From Octopus sinensis (taxonomy: Eukaryota): 64,000 nt of DNA. Both the position numbers and the translations under genes were made by a program. The notes below the pieces were generated by a model. That model had not been told where the DNA came from. It did not search any database and saw nothing but the letters and a program-made list of their open reading frames with translations. Location of the stretch: assembly GCF_006345805.1 (NCBI RefSeq), contig NC_043009.1:4278001-4342000 (forward strand), written 5' to 3'. This document shows positions 39,198 to 52,293 of this stretch, in pieces. Positions within the stretch are counted from its first letter, which is position 1. The number at the start of each line of letters is the position of its first letter.

Positions 39198-40179
39198 CGA
39201 AAAACTGAATTTTGAAAGAATATTTTCGTTTTGCTAGATCTTCGGCCAAGTTTATTGCATATATTTTGGGAAAGATTTTCGAATGTTCATTAAGTACGGT
39301 GAAGCATTATCGTTTTCACTCATGGAAAATTTATCCATAAAAAAAATTTTGTGTATTCAGCAAGAAAAGATATAATTTATGTATCAATAATATTGTCATT
39401 GACATACATTTACATATATATATATATTTATATATAAGCGTGTGTGTGTGTGCTTGCTTTTATATAGAGATATATGTGTATACAATATATGTGTGTGTTA
39501 CACATATGCATGAATAAACATCTCATACAAGCACACATGACATATTCACACGGACAATCACGTCACGGTCGACCACACATGTATATGCATGAACGCACAT
39601 AACACATACATACATATTTATATACATATATACATACCTATTTATATATATACACACATATTTATATATATATACACATATTTATATACATACATACATA
39701 TTTATATACATACATACTTACATACATATTTATTCATATACATACATACATACATATTTATATATATACATACATATTTATATACATATATACATACATG
39801 CTTACATACGTGTACACTCAAACTTTCCTCCGTATATATATATTCAGAAAAGAAATGATTGATTGATTGATCGGTCCGATCGATAAGCTTTATTTCCAGC
39901 TGGTTTAAATTACTGTTTATCAATCTCCCAAAATTCCAGACATGTTTTTTGTTCACCAAAAAAAAAAAAAAAAAGATTGAAAAAAAAAAAACATCTGATG
40001 AATGACATCAGGATTGAAACTACGGCTGTGTAAATCATAGAAGCGATTCGCTGTCACTTGTTGTTTGAAATATTTCTTATCTCCCAGTCACTAATGTGCT
40101 TCTGCTGAAATTGGCCTTGGCAATCAATTTTTCACCCAAAACGTGTCTGCTTTTCCTGTCTGCTACTTCAATTTTTATC

Positions 40180-40245
<66 letters not shown>

Positions 40246-41072
40246 TGTGTCTGTGCGTGTGTGTGTGTTCGTTTTGGCTTCCTGTATATCTATGTCTGTA
40301 TTATCCTCGTCGCCGTTGTTATTCTTATTTTTTCGACTGTTTCAGTGTGTTTTTTATGTCCGTTAATCTGTAATGTTACAAACACACACGCATGCATTCA
40401 CACATTTGCATGCGTGTGTGTGTGTTGTGGTATGTTTGATGTTTTCAATTTACTTTGTATTCCGACTTCAATTTTTCATCAATGATATCGTCTACCTTCA
40501 AGTTCTCTCACTCTTTCTCTCTCCCTCTCTCCCTCTCATTCCTTGTCATTGTTAATCTCTACAATTAAATATGTACATATATATAATACATATATATGTG
40601 TGTCTTTGAAAAGCCAGAAGCTGGAGAATTTTGTCCAAGAAAAATCTTTTTACAGACGCAGTGTGTTTTTTAAAAACAATATACTTCAGAGCTGGGAGAA
40701 AAGATATCGCCTCGGCTGCGACCGCTAGAGCGATTGATACGTATTTCACCGTTGTTGCTGTTTGTCAATTTGTCCACTTCACGTACTCGAATCAGTTCTG
40801 AAACAAGATGGAAACTATCAGTTTGAAATATATAGAGACAGTGTTTAAAATATATATTTGTGCAGCGATTGTGCTGCACAAGTAGAATTAATTTCGAATT
40901 ATGCGGCTCTGTAAGTGAAGCTTTAATATTGAGCTAGTTTTATTGCATAATCTCTATATATATGATACAACAATTCGGAGGAGTAACTGCCATGCTCCAT
41001 GAGCAATAAACACGAGCTTGTAAAAATTTCAGCTTGACCATAAGTTTGACGATAACTTGATTGCTGAGTACT

Positions 41073-41385
41073 CCCACACTATCACATCAACAACTACGAG
41101 ACAGACGCAGTCTACAAAGTTACTTTCATTTGCTCCACCATCAAGGACAACTTCTCTCTAGAGATAGAGATCAACAGATGTGTTAGAAGTGCAAATCTCA
41201 GCACTGGCTAATTTGATATCGGCGCACATTATGGTAACACTCAACAGATCTTTCGTCTTCAGCTATATGGGGACGAAACCTAGAAATCTGTCTATTTCAA
41301 GCATGACCTGAGTCTTAATACCTTCTATCTACGCAGCCTGAGATGGCTTATGAACGTCAAGTGAACTGACCGTGTTAGCAATAAC
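41073..41385 (+). mobile_element. RTE-clade LINE, decayed RT C-terminal fragment
   Basis: Translation gives INNYETDAVYKVTFICSTIKDNFSLEIEINRCVRSA and LYGDET*..LNTFYLRSLRWLMNVK*TDRVSN. These parallel the RTE motifs (I-D-N-Y-E-L-E-V-V..F-T-Y-L-G-S-T-I..N-L-S-L-D-x-E-I-N and L-L-Y-G-S-E-T-W..L-N-x-F-H-L-R-C-L-R..W-x-D-x-V-x-N). Confidence 0.8.
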
Positions 41386-41739
41386 CCACTCGGTAATATC
41401 ATATTTAGTCCGAGACTAGACTACACCCGAGCTTTGCGAATGAAACAGGGTGAGTGTAAATCGAAAGGTAACTTTTCTGATCTATTATACCAATAATTGA
41501 AAGTTCTCACCTTCTCCCATATTATGCTACACTGATTCAGTTTAGGAATTCAGGTCGACGTAAAGGTGTCTGTGAAATACTTTGTCACGTTAATTTATCG
41601 AGTATAGCTCTCAGTGACTACCTTGTCCAATGCATTCTTAATTATTTGAGACACTACTGTGCAATGTTAGGAATCATTCGCTGTCTGGGAATTATTATTT
41701 TTGAATCTCACAACGTGAGATATTCAGCAACAGTACTTT

Positions 41740-41936
41740 GTAGTAAAGATTGTTTGCCAACATAACATGGCAGCGCTGGTGTAGGACTAATGTTGCTGGA
41801 TTCCCTTGTTTGAAAATATAAGGACACATATCGTGTCGTATAGCCAGGTGGAGACGATGTCTCCTGAGGCTAAATTACAGCAACATTTGTCCTAAACCAG
41901 GACTGCCATATTATGTTTGCAACCTATCTTTACTAC
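41740..41936. mobile_element. MITE-like element with 59-bp terminal inverted repeats
   Basis: 41740-41798 and the reverse complement of 41878-41936 match with about 8 mismatches. Confidence 0.7.
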
Positions 41937-42665
41937 ATCATTCGTTGTTATTTCTAACAAATAGAGCGGCTTCATAGCTTCATATAGGGTCAATCTTTCC
42001 GTCCTATGTTTCAAGGTTTTGATGTGCTGGAATTAACAGCAAGAGATCTATCAAATCCCATCATTTTTTCTTAAAAAGGAAGGACACCCATTACTGTTGT
42101 TTGCTTCAGTGGTGGTGTTGGTAGTGCTGGTGGGGGAGTTGTAGGACCAGCTGGAGAGAAATGAAATCACTTTAATGCGTTTATTGCATGTGTGCGCTTA
42201 TATATGTATTCATGAATATGTGTGTATTTGTATATGTATATATATGCACAGAATACACTTTGATCTTAGCTAAAACGCTGCTTCTGTGTGTGTGGGTGTA
42301 TGTGTGTAGATCGATAGATAGGTAGATATACATGTAGAGATAGAGAAAGGGGAAAAGAAGATACGTAGGCATACATACACAAAGTCGCAAAATAACACAC
42401 CCACACCCACACAAACGCACATGTTTTTATATATATATATATATATATATACACGTGTGTGTGTGCAATGTCGACGTCTGTTGTCGATATTGGTCTTTCA
42501 TGTTTCACCAAACAACGTCTTGGTTCGATGGCTATATCCCATTTCGTTATTACTTCCCATAATTCCATAGAACTCCCACTCGCGTTGATGGTGTGGAGGC
42601 CATTTTGTTTTGTTTACTATTTCATTTTTATTTCTATTTCTTTATTATTATTATTATTATTACTC

Positions 42666-42714
<49 letters not shown>

Positions 42715-42716
42715 TC

Positions 42717-42758
<42 letters not shown>

Positions 42759-43473
42759 CTTCTTGGTCTTCAAAACGTAATTTTTTTTTTGTTATTGTTT
42801 TGTTTTGTTTGGAGGGGTTATTTTTGTTTTTTGTTTTGGTTGGGAATTGTTCTTTACCATTTCCTGTCACTATTTATATATTGTGCGTCTTTTTCTTCTT
42901 TTTTCTTTTAGTATTTCGAATCATCATTTATCTATGGTTTGAATATGTTTGTTTATGATATAAGTGTCTGTGTGTAAGTCAGATAGCATATGTATGTATA
43001 TACAACAGTTAATCCATCCATCCATACATATACGCATATATATATATATATAATATCGTGTCGCTAGCAAGAATTGTATTGATAGTGACTTCGAAGGTTC
43101 GGCCGGCTAAGCCCACATTGAACTAATATATATATATATATCAACAAGTCTATATCCCGATTCGATCTCACTTCGCGGCACCGTAGCAATGTGTCTTGTA
43201 CAAAAGACTCAGAAAGTGTGCCGCGGCAAGTAGTGTGTGTGTGTGTTTGTGTGCATGTGTGTATTGTATATATGTCCGTATCATGTGCTTTTGTATGCTC
43301 CCATTATATCCGGTAAACTAGCGCGCAACAAAGAATGATCGATAAAATGAATAGCATATATATATATATACATACATATATATGCAGATATATATACATA
43401 TGTACCTATATATACATACACACATATATATATATGCATATATATATATATATATATATACATATATACATAC

Positions 43474-43504
<31 letters not shown>

Positions 43505-44120
43505 GTGTTTGTGTGTGGTGTGTGTGTGTGGGTGTGTGTGTGTGGTGTGTGTTTGTGGTGTGTGTGTGTGTGTGTGTGTGTGTTTGTGTGTATGTATGTA
43601 TATATATATATATAGAATCGATATGATCGACCAAAACTCCTTGAAAATTGAGCTACTGAATGCCCACAGTCGACTGACTAAAACAGTGAAGATTGAAAGA
43701 ATAAAAGAATAATGGAATATGTGAATATCTCTGGAGAGTGCATTTCAGTTTTGTTTTGTTGTTCGTTATTATTATTCTACGAAATGACATTGTCATTCCA
43801 TCCATATACGCTGTGCTTTCGACATATGGTCTCATATTTTTGTTGGATGTGTTTCTTTGTAATATACATAATTGTAGGATGTGTCTTGGTTTTCTCCTAG
43901 CTCTGGGAAATAAATAACAGACTTTCTGGGGAATGCTCACTGTAATAGAATGGTAGGAATTCATCTGTCGTCCATCCACTGCATAATGTAAACTCCAGTG
44001 TCAAGCGTATGGCTTTTGTCAGATTCCCTGACACGTGGAGATATTCATATGTATGTATTGGTTTGCCTCTCCATTGATCCAACTCCCTCCCTCTTTGTTC
44101 GTCTGTCATTCTCTCATAAA

Positions 44121-44332
44121 CGAGGGGGTGCTGAAAAGTTCCTGGCTTTAAGGGGGTATCGCAAAAGGCCTGATTGGAATTCCAAATTTCCGAGTTCTTT
44201 TACAGGGCTTAGATAAACTGAAGGACCGTTGCAGTGTGTAAATCTGAGAGGGAAATACGTTGAATAAAATCATAACTGATCCTCCAGTATTTTCTTTTTA
44301 CCCAAAGCCAGGAATTTTTCATTACCCCCTCG
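44121..44332 (+). mobile_element. Internally deleted mariner (MITE, about 212 bp)
   Basis: TIRs CGAGGGGGTGCTGAAAAGTTCCTGGCTTT and AAAGCCAGGAATTTTTCATTACCCCCTCG|TA. The interior keeps the transposase end GLDKLKDRC..(shift)..LRGKYVE*. Confidence 0.85.
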
Positions 44333-44348
44333 TATATGTATTTATTCT

Positions 44349-44630
44349 TATGTATGTATGTATGTATGTATGTATGTATGTATGTATGTATGTATGTATG
44401 TATGTATGTATGTATGTATGTATGTATGTATGTATGTATGTATGTATGCATGCATGCATGTATGTATGTGTGTATATATGTATGTATGTATGTATGTATG
44501 CATGTGTATGTATGTATGTTTGTATGTATGTATGTATGCATGCATGTGTATGTATGTATGTATGTATGTATGTATGTATGTGTGTATGTATGTATGTATG
44601 TATGTATGTATGTATGCATGAATGTATGTA
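44349..44630. repeat. (ATGT)n tetranucleotide tract
   Basis: Direct reading. Confidence 0.95.
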
Positions 44631-44794
44631 TGTATCCATTTGATGCATTTGTCTTTAACGCCGTCTAAGAAACACACATTCACGCATAATCTCTATTGTT
44701 TCACTTGGCACGCTAAAAAACTAACCGCTTGAAGTATCTCTCAATATTATATGTAGTGTCTATATACACGTGTGTTTTGTGTACGAGTGCGAGC

Positions 44795-44847
<53 letters not shown>

Positions 44848-44903
44848 TATATATATATATATATGTATATATATATTATATATGTATATATATAATATAT
44901 ATG

Positions 44904-44940
<37 letters not shown>

Positions 44941-44995
44941 GTATATATAATATTATATATGTATATATATATATATATATGTATTATAATAGTAT

Positions 44996-45030
<35 letters not shown>

Positions 45031-45239
45031 TATATATATTATGTGGTGTGTGGTGTGTGTGTAATCACATATATATGACGGGTTTTTGCTTACTTTTCGT
45101 TTGCGAAGCTAAAATATCGCCCAGAGGAACCGAACTCAAAACCACATGTTCGCTAAGAGAACTTCTTAATCAGAGACATGAACCTGTGCATTTATAAAAA
45201 AAACCCGAATCTTTTCAAATGCAGAAATGCATCCATCCA

Positions 45240-45271
<32 letters not shown>

Positions 45272-45381
45272 CATACATGCATGCACATCATTCTCCATGT
45301 TAGAGTCTATAAATGAATATGTACACATACTTCGTTGTGTGCATCTAGAAAGACATGAAGGTAAAAAAAAGTAATAATCAC

Positions 45382-45981
45382 TTTTTATTATAGGCACAAG
45401 GCCTGAGATTTGAGGGGAGGGGACTAGTCGATTACATCGACCCCAGTCTTTCACTGGTACTTAATTTATCGACACCGTAAGGCTGCATGGCAATGTCGAT
45501 CTCGGCGTAAATGGAACTCAGAACGTAGCGATGGGCGAAATACCGCTAAACATTCCGTCCGGGGTGCTAACGATTCTTATTTCTTTATTGCCCACAAGGG
45601 GCTAAACACAGAGGGGACAAACAAGGACAGACAACGGGGTTAAGTCGATTACATCGATCCCAGTGCGTAACTGGTACTTAATTTATCGACCCCGAAATGA
45701 TGAATGGCAAAGTCAACCTCGGCGGAATTTGAACTCAGAACGTAGCCGCAGATGAAATACCTATTTCTTTACTACCCACAAGGGACTAAACACAGAGGGG
45801 ACAAACACGGACAGACAAACGGATTAAGTCGATTAGATCGACCCCAGTGCGTAACTGGTACTTAATTTATCGACCCCGAAAGGATGGCAGGCAAAGTCGA
45901 CCTCGGCGGAATTTGAACTCAGAACGTAACGGCAGACGAAATACCGCTAAGCATTTCGCCCGGCGTGCTAACGATTCTGCC
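45382..45981 (-). mobile_element. Family B SINE trimer
   Basis: Three cores (two type-2 tails, one type-1 tail) with junctions at 45575/45576 and 45761/45762. Confidence 0.9.
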
Positions 45982-47032
45982 TGTAAAATTGTGATAATGC
46001 GCACACATTGACAAAAACACCAACAGCTAGCAACTAGACGTGTTCACACAGAACGTAAGCGCACACGTACACTTAGAAGTATGCACATTCTGAGTCAACC
46101 ACATATTTACAAACCCCGCGAACTGTCTTAAGTCTAAAAGTCTTGTCACTTTGTTATCGACCGGCTTGAACTTTATGGGAGAAGAATTTAAATCTCAAAG
46201 AAACCATATAGATATACTCATATTCAGACACACGCACACATACACTGATATACCGATAGAGAACCACACATACATAAGCTCATAATGAATAATCGTTCAT
46301 TAAAAATATGTTGTAGAGCGATAGTGAGAGTTTGAGGAATTTAAAATGAATGAGATAAATACATAAATTATTTTAGAACATTATAAGAAGACGCAGAATA
46401 ATAAGCAAAATATAGAAAGAAAAAAAAACACACGAAAATAAATAAATAATGAATGGGAGAAATAATGAAAGAAAGGAATGGAGGAGGGAATGATGGAAAT
46501 GAGACGAAAGAGAGATTATAAAATCTTATTTTTCAGCAGTTTTCATTTGAGCGGATTAAAAGATATGTTGTTAATGTTGCAAATTTGATGTGAAAGATAA
46601 GTAGCTAATCCGAAGGGGTTGCGGAGGTCAGTAGGACAAGGTCATCCTACAAACATCAGACCCCTTCTCTGCATTTTTCACAGTACCCTTGGAAAATGAA
46701 CCCCACCACCACCACCACCACCACCACCACTTCCAAAATAAAAAAGAAAAGAAAAAGGAAATCCCTCCCGCCATATTGTGTCTGTCAAATGATGAAAATG
46801 TGTGATGGGGGAAGATGGGTAGAGAGAGACTAATAGGATTTTTCCCCTATGGACAATTTATTTATTTTTTTATTTTAAATATATATAATAATCTTCAAAT
46901 CTACAGATACAGTGCCAAGCAGTATTCACCTACAGCTCTCCGTGATTTGAGTTCAAATCCTGCCGACGATGACAACTTCCACTTTACTTCCTTAAGGATC
47001 GATAAAGTACGAGTTCAATTCTCATTCTTTTT

Positions 47033-47215
47033 AAGGCGACGAGCTGGCAGAATCGTTCCTCTGCCGATCAAAATACTCAGCAGCATTTTGTCCGTGCTTA
47101 TTTTCTGAGTTCAAAATCTGCTTAGGTCAACTTTGCCTTTCGTCTTTTCGAGGTCGATAAAATAAGTACCAATTGAGTATTTGAGCTGATGTAATCAACT
47201 TAGATTTTCCTCCGA
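47033..47215 (+). mobile_element. Family B SINE, diverged
   Basis: GGCGACGAGCTGGCAGAATCGTT head and GGTCAACTTTGCCTTTCGTC core. Confidence 0.75.
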
Positions 47216-47376
47216 AATTGAGTGTTATAATGACTGACTGTTTAGAAGGAAGGGACAAATATGTCTTCATGCATTTGTTCCGGGATTTTTACATTTTGGT
47301 TTCAAATCCCACCAAGGACAAATTCATTTCTTATCTCTCCGGGATATATACCACACACACACGTAATATATATATA

Positions 47377-47425
<49 letters not shown>

Positions 47426-47500
47426 TAGATAGATATAAAGAGAGAGAGAGAAAGAGAGTAAAAGGTGCCCAGAATGAGGAGGATGGAAAACCCGGAAAAA

Positions 47501-47879
47501 AGCTTGCTTAACAACCACATGGTCCGGGTTCCAGTCCATTGCGTGGCACCTTGGGCAAGTTGTCTTCTACCATATCCTTAGGCCAAACCAAAAGCCTTGC
47601 GAGTGGATTGGTAGACGGAAACTCAAAGAAGCCCGTCGTATATATGTATATATATATATATGTGTTTGTGTGTCTGTGTTTGTCCTCCTAGCATTGCTTG
47701 ACAACCGATGCTGGTGTGTTTACGTCCCCGTAACTTAGCGGTTCGGCAAAACAGACCGATAGAATAAGTACTGGGCTTACAAAGAATAAGTCCCGGGGTC
47801 GATTTGCTCGACTAAAGGCGGTGCTCCAGCATGGCCGTAGTCAAATGACTGAAACAAGTAAAAGAGTAAAAGAGTAAAA
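47501..47879 (+). mobile_element. Family A SINE, lacking only the extreme 5' head
   Basis: Colinear with the other family A copies; ends in GTAAAAGA repeats. Confidence 0.9.
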
Positions 47880-48107
47880 TATATAATGCGGTGGTGCCAT
47901 CCACGAAATTTATGTCATATGGTGTTGAGTGCAACATAAGTAACTCGTACCAAATGTGATGAATTTCAAGTTCTTTACTTTGTCTAGTCGTGAAGAGCAG
48001 CTTTTGTATCACGAGTGTTAAGTGTTAAGTTGCATGAAGCTAAATTAAACTGTTATAAATTCATCTATTTATCCATTGCTACTCAAGGAGATTGCATTCT
48101 GATTTTA

Positions 48108-48492
48108 CTCTTTTACTTGTTTCAGTCATTTGACTGCGGCCATACTGGAGCACCGCCTTTAGTCGAGTAAATCGACCCCGGGACTTATTCTTTTTGTAAG
48201 CCCAGTAGTTATTCTATCGGTTTCTTTTGCCGAACCGCTAAGTGACGGGGACGTAAACACACCAGCAATGTCAAGCAATGCTAGGGGGGACAAACACAGA
48301 CACACAAACATATACACACACACTTATATATATATATACATATATACGACAGGCTTCTTTTCAGTTTCCGTCTACCAAATCCACTCACAAGGCATTGGTC
48401 AGCCCGGGGCTATAGCAGAAGACACTTGCCCAAGATGCCACGCAGTGGGACTGAACCCGGAACCATGCGGTTGGTTACCACACAGCCACTCC
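48108..48492 (-). mobile_element. Family A SINE, full length, with 15-bp TSD
   Basis: TGCATTCTGATTTTA is duplicated at 48093-48107 and 48493-48507. Confidence 0.95.
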
Positions 48493-49473
48493 TGCATTCT
48501 GATTTTATATTCCGCCAAGGTCCACTTGGCAACTGAGATGCTACCTAGTTGATTGTATAAGGTACTAGTCGAGTTAAATAGCGGACATAAATATCCCAGC
48601 ATTTCAGGCCTTGTGCCTTTATTAGAAACTACGGTTGTTGTTTCAGAAGGTTTTTCTCGTCATTGAAAAAAAGAAAAAGAAAAAAGAAAAAGAAACAAAC
48701 AAAAATCCACTCCAATCGATGTTTAAAATCTGAAACCCCTTGAGAAGTGAAAGGATAAAAAAAAAGAAAGGAAAGAAGAAAGCTGGAAGCAAGGGTTTGA
48801 TAGAAGGGAGAGGAGAAGGAAGGATAACATGAGATGGGCGGATTAAGTTCAATGGGTTAGATGAGGACGTATGTTTTTGGTTGACCCAGTCCTGGCTTAA
48901 CATCCCCTTCTTCTCTTCATTTACTATACAGCCTCAATCCTCTTAATGCATTTAACTTACCCACGCACACACACACACACACACGAACATACACAGACAC
49001 ATGTACGTTGAACATGACCTTCACACTGCCGTCTTCGAAGTGACAATAGAGTTTTAGTAATATGCATTTCTTTTTTTCTTTGTTGTTGTATATATTTTAA
49101 GTGCAAGACTTTTACTGACTTTCTTTCTATTTCACGAGCGCGCACACACAACACACACACACACACACACTATTGTAATGCTCTTAAATTTGGATCTGGC
49201 TATAATCCTCAATCATTCAGTAGTATTTGGCTCTGAAGAGCTTCCTTTCTTACACAGTCTAAACATGCGAACACATAACTATGTGTGAGTACGTATTATA
49301 TATATATACATTTGTGGCGGACTTCTTTCAGTTTTCGTCTATCAGATCCCCTCTCAAGGCCATCGTTGGTCCAGGGTTGTAGTAAAGGAAACTTTCCCAA
49401 AGTGCTGCGCAGTGTAACTGAACCCGGAAATGTGGTTGAGGCAAACTTCTTACCACACAGCTTCGTCAGCGCC

Positions 49474-49520
<47 letters not shown>

Positions 49521-49627
49521 CTTGATAGAAATGGCAAGACAACAAAAGAATGAAAGAGATCTCGATATTATGTAAATAGAGGAATTTATCTGTAAATATA
49601 ATATATGACAATTATTCGGTAGCCATG

Positions 49628-49925
49628 ATATGGGTACAGGACGTCACCAACTGTGAAAACAACATGAGGTACGAAAACAAACGAGTAAAAAACGGAAACA
49701 GCAAGAGAAAAAATGCAAAACAGGTTGAGTAAGACAGAGAACACCCCTTCGTCAGTTGTTGGCTATCTACTCCTCACTCGAAATGAGATAGTCGACAACT
49801 GATAAACGTCGCTGTCTGCGTTACTTGTCCTGTTTTCCATTTTTTCTCTCGTTGTTTGCGTATTTAACTCGTTTGTTTTCGTACTTCATGTTGTTTACAC
49901 AGTTGGTGACGTCCTGCACACATAT
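49628..49925. repeat. Long inverted repeat (fold-back element, about 300 bp)
   Basis: 88-nt arms 49637-49724 and 49829-49916 differ at 8 positions. An inner stem is formed by TCAGTTGTTGGCTATCT and AGATAGTCGACAACTGA. Confidence 0.9.
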
Positions 49926-50050
49926 ATGCATATATATCATATATATAATATATATTTATTTATATATTATTTAATTGAACACCATGCATCCATTTCCAAG
50001 TAAGTTTATATATATATATATATATAATATTATATATATATATGTATATA

Positions 50051-50093
<43 letters not shown>

Positions 50094-50122
50094 TTAGACA
50101 GACAAACAGACAGATAAATATG

Positions 50123-50194
<72 letters not shown>

Positions 50195-51234
50195 GTGAGT
50201 GAGAGAGAGAGTGAGAAAGCATTTCTTCAAGTATATTTACATGTAAATCTACATTTTTATTTTTCACCCAAAAGCGTATAGTTTCACAAACACCAACAGC
50301 ATTTACGTACCCTCATTATTATTTTCCTTATATATACAAACGAACAGAAGACGCTACAATAACCATATCTTTAAAAAAATCATATAAAAATACATGCTGG
50401 TCTTATGGTAACGTTTCTGATCTGAGACTCTTAATGGACGAAGCTAAAGATGATGTGTCCTTAATCCTTTGGGTAAACGGATTTAATAATAATAAAAGGA
50501 AAAAAAAAAAACGTTTTGTTGGTTTAGGGAGATTATCTATAATTAGAACTAAAATCCTATCTTTAAAACGGGACAACGCATATGTTTGCTTTGTTCATTA
50601 GGTCACTTAAGGACAGGCGTCCTGAATCCCTTGCAATCGTATCGACTTAGGTGTTTGTTCTGTTTGTTTTGTTCACGAATCTTGGAGGCTTCGTTATAAG
50701 TTGTATTGTTGTCGTTGTTGTTGTTGTTGTACTAGTATTAGCATTGTTGGCAGTGGTGTTGGTGGACTAAATATGGCGGTAACAGTTGATGGTAGATACC
50801 AATCTTGTGTGGTATTCGCACGCACATATCCATCCATCTATCTATAGAGCAATACTTTCTTATATATAGTATACACATACATAAACACTGCACCTCTCTC
50901 TCTCACTCTCACTCAGCGTATATATATATGTATATATATGTGTGTTTATGTATATGTGTGTATGTATGTATGTATGTATGTATATATGTGTGTGTGTGTG
51001 TATTTATTATATATGTGTATATGTATAAATGTATTTATATATGTGTATATGTATATATGTATATATATATATATGTATATATGTATGTATATGTATATAA
51101 GTGTGTGAGTGTATATATATAAATATATATGCTTATAGAAAGTACATGAATACATGCATATATACACAGGGCACCACGTTCAAGGACTTTCTAGTCAAAA
51201 AATTTATCGCCCCCTGTACTTACATGTAGTCAAT

Positions 51235-51365
51235 TCAAATAAACGAATTATGAAATTAACGGACAACAAAAGGACGTGCACAGGGAGTGTCTTAGCTTGA
51301 CGCTCGAGAAATAGAGAGAGTTTTTGACGTTTCGAACATAGCTCCTCTTGAAAGATTTGACTGCT
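51235..51365 (-). mobile_element. Penelope-like terminal repeat fragment related to 24770-24912
   Basis: Minus strand reads ..AAGAG-GAGC-TAT-GTTC-GAAACGTC-AAAAAC..CTCGAGCGTCAAGCTAAGAC, paralleling the 24.8-kb copy. Confidence 0.45.
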
Positions 51366-51796
51366 ATTTCTACTACACAGAACAATCATATAGTCATTTC
51401 TTTATAATTTATTCGAAATAGTTGGCTCGACTTGTACTTTGGGTTTATACTTAATTTCATCCTTTTGAACTCCAGGTCCCAGCATATTCCCAAGTATAAC
51501 CATCATTCGTTAATGAAAACGACTTGGTAACACGTACCACGGTTTTTGGTAACTATTTAGGGTGCGTATGTTATTGCGTGGAGGAACAGACACTCCGACT
51601 CTCTTGAATTTTGATCTAGCAAACCTTCCAGGATATGATGTCTGGTTGACATTTTCAATTGAATTAACTGGAGAAACATAAAAAGCCTTTCCTTGGTCAT
51701 GCAGACAAGGCGTCACTTCCTCACGGTGCTAACCTTATGAACTCGTAATCGCGAACCCAAAATCCTAACTAGAACGACATGGGCCGTCATACTATC

Positions 51797-52002
51797 CTTT
51801 CTATTATAGACACAAAACCAGAAATTCAGCGGGAGGAGGCTAGTCGATTAATCGATCCCAGTGCTTAAAGGTTACTTGTTACATCGACCCCGAAAGCATG
51901 ATAGGCAAAGTCGACCTCGGCGGAATTTGAATTCAGAATGCAAGGATGGACGAAATGCCGCTAAGCATTTTACTTGGCGTCCTAACGATTCTACCAGCTG
52001 AC
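51797..52002 (-). mobile_element. Family B SINE (tail type 1)
   Basis: GGCAAAGTCGACCTCGGCGGAATTTGAATTCAGAA core and CTAACGATTCTACCAGCT head on the + strand. Confidence 0.8.
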
Positions 52003-52251
52003 CATACAATAAAATTAAATTGCAAAGTACAATAATTAAGCTCTGTATCCAAGGAAGTTTCTTCTACGATCTGTCCCTATAGCCCTCTTAAAATATACGA
52101 TTTTTCTCTAATACAAAAGAATATCTAATTTGAGAGCATTTGTCCAAATGGCTGATTTTTATTATGCTAATGTGCAAGGAATGCCCGATTGGGCTGCAAG
52201 GTGTAGATTACGCTACTTTTGAGGTCTGTACGCTGATTATTTTAATTTTTC

Positions 52252-52293
<42 letters not shown>

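Noticed and set aside
39991-40031. CTGATGA..GAAAC-TACG-GCT-GTGT hammerhead-like string
   Set aside because: No G-C-closed stem II, and CTGATG pairs perfectly with CATCAG (40006-40011), so a simple palindrome explains it.
45382-45981. Repeated ~180-bp units that could be mistaken for a CRISPR-like or satellite array
   Set aside because: The units are family B SINE copies with no unique spacers, in a eukaryotic context.
46660-46824. Strong acceptor plus 135-nt open segment beginning YPWKM (Hox hexapeptide-like)
   Set aside because: The motif is not YPWM, the donor (GTAGAG) is weak, the peptide is built from ACC and A-rich repeats, and no homeobox follows in the window.
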